Positions 63,658 to 64,000 of a stretch of DNA of 64,000 nt are shown piece after piece. Position numbers and translations under genes: made by a program. The stretch's first letter is position 1; each line of letters begins with the position of its first letter. Location: the IMG/VR virus record IMGVR_UViG_3300009684_000030; one strand, 5' to 3'. The notes beneath the pieces are model-generated. The model was not told where the DNA came from. It saw only the letters and a program-made list of their open reading frames with translations, and made no database searches. The stretch comes from an uncultured virus (IMG/VR IMGVR_UViG_3300009684_000030). Its lineage: Duplodnaviria; Heunggongvirae; Uroviricota; Caudoviricetes.

Positions 63658-64000
63658 TCAGTTTTCATTATTATCATCTTCTTCTTCTTCTAAGGAGTCA
63701 TCTCGAAATGTTTGTTTTGCGAGTTTATGTTTTTGCCATTCTTCATAGCAATAATCGAAATAGGATAGCCCTGTCAATTTCTCATACTGTTCCTCGGCAT
63801 GAGACTCATCGGCATCAGATGGATCAACCATACCCCAATAGCAGAAGAATTCATCCTCTTGACCTATCGTTGGCTCAAGATCTTTCAGACCTGCATGAAG
63901 TCGATTTCCTTCGCACCAAGGGCATGAGCCATGATTGCAGCAAGTACGATCAAATGCCTTCGATTTTCGATAGGGCTTCCGCTTTTCCTTTTTGTGTTCT
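63658..64000 (-). CDS. Hypothetical protein, 5' end outside the window
   Basis: Manual translation EHKKEKRKPYRKSKAFDRTCCNHGSCPWCEGNRLH...EEEEDDNEN*. Confidence 0.6.
   Translation of the reverse strand, partial: EHKKEKRKPYRKSKAFDRTCCNHGSCPWCEGNRLHAGLKDLEPTIGQEDEFFCYWGMVDPSDADESHAEEQYEKLTGLSYFDYCYEEWQKHKLAKQTFRDDSLEEEEDDNNEN

Noticed and set aside
1..64000. tRNA or rRNA genes
   Set aside because: No cloverleaf with T-loop and acceptor stem was recognised in the intergenic gaps by eye; tRNAscan-SE would be needed to exclude them formally.

Overview
A 64-kb AT-rich segment of a large T4-like myovirus (Caudoviricetes). Positions 1-39 kb form a virion module: several tail-fibre/adhesin genes, a sulfotransferase, three signal-peptide proteins, a DUF4815-type structural protein, baseplate genes gp8, gp7-like, gp6, gp25, a split gp5 with a CHAP domain, a hub protein, gp53, gp48, gp4, gp2, gp54, gp26, gp51 and a tape-measure-like gene. 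Positions 39-64 kb hold replication, nucleotide-metabolism and early genes: gp32, gp59, gp33, DNA ligase, macro domain, DEDDh exonuclease, dCMP deaminase, RNA ligase, DinG-like helicase, PhoH, ThyX, a phosphoesterase, a holin/spanin-like cassette and many small ORFs. Four signals the ORF track does not show stand out. (1) A 507-nt IA2-like group I intron interrupts gp32 and carries a decayed homing-endonuclease start. (2) A candidate -1 ribosomal frameshift (T TTT TTC, 6-nt spacer, perfect 12-bp stem) would fuse gp26 to gp51 directly upstream of the tape measure gene, like lambda G/GT. (3) A ~170-bp non-coding element with twin CTTCGG hairpins and an antisense promoter occurs at two sites, with a diverged third copy. 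(4) Four early-promoter cassettes share fixed-position upstream boxes. All product calls come from motif recognition by eye; no database search was run.
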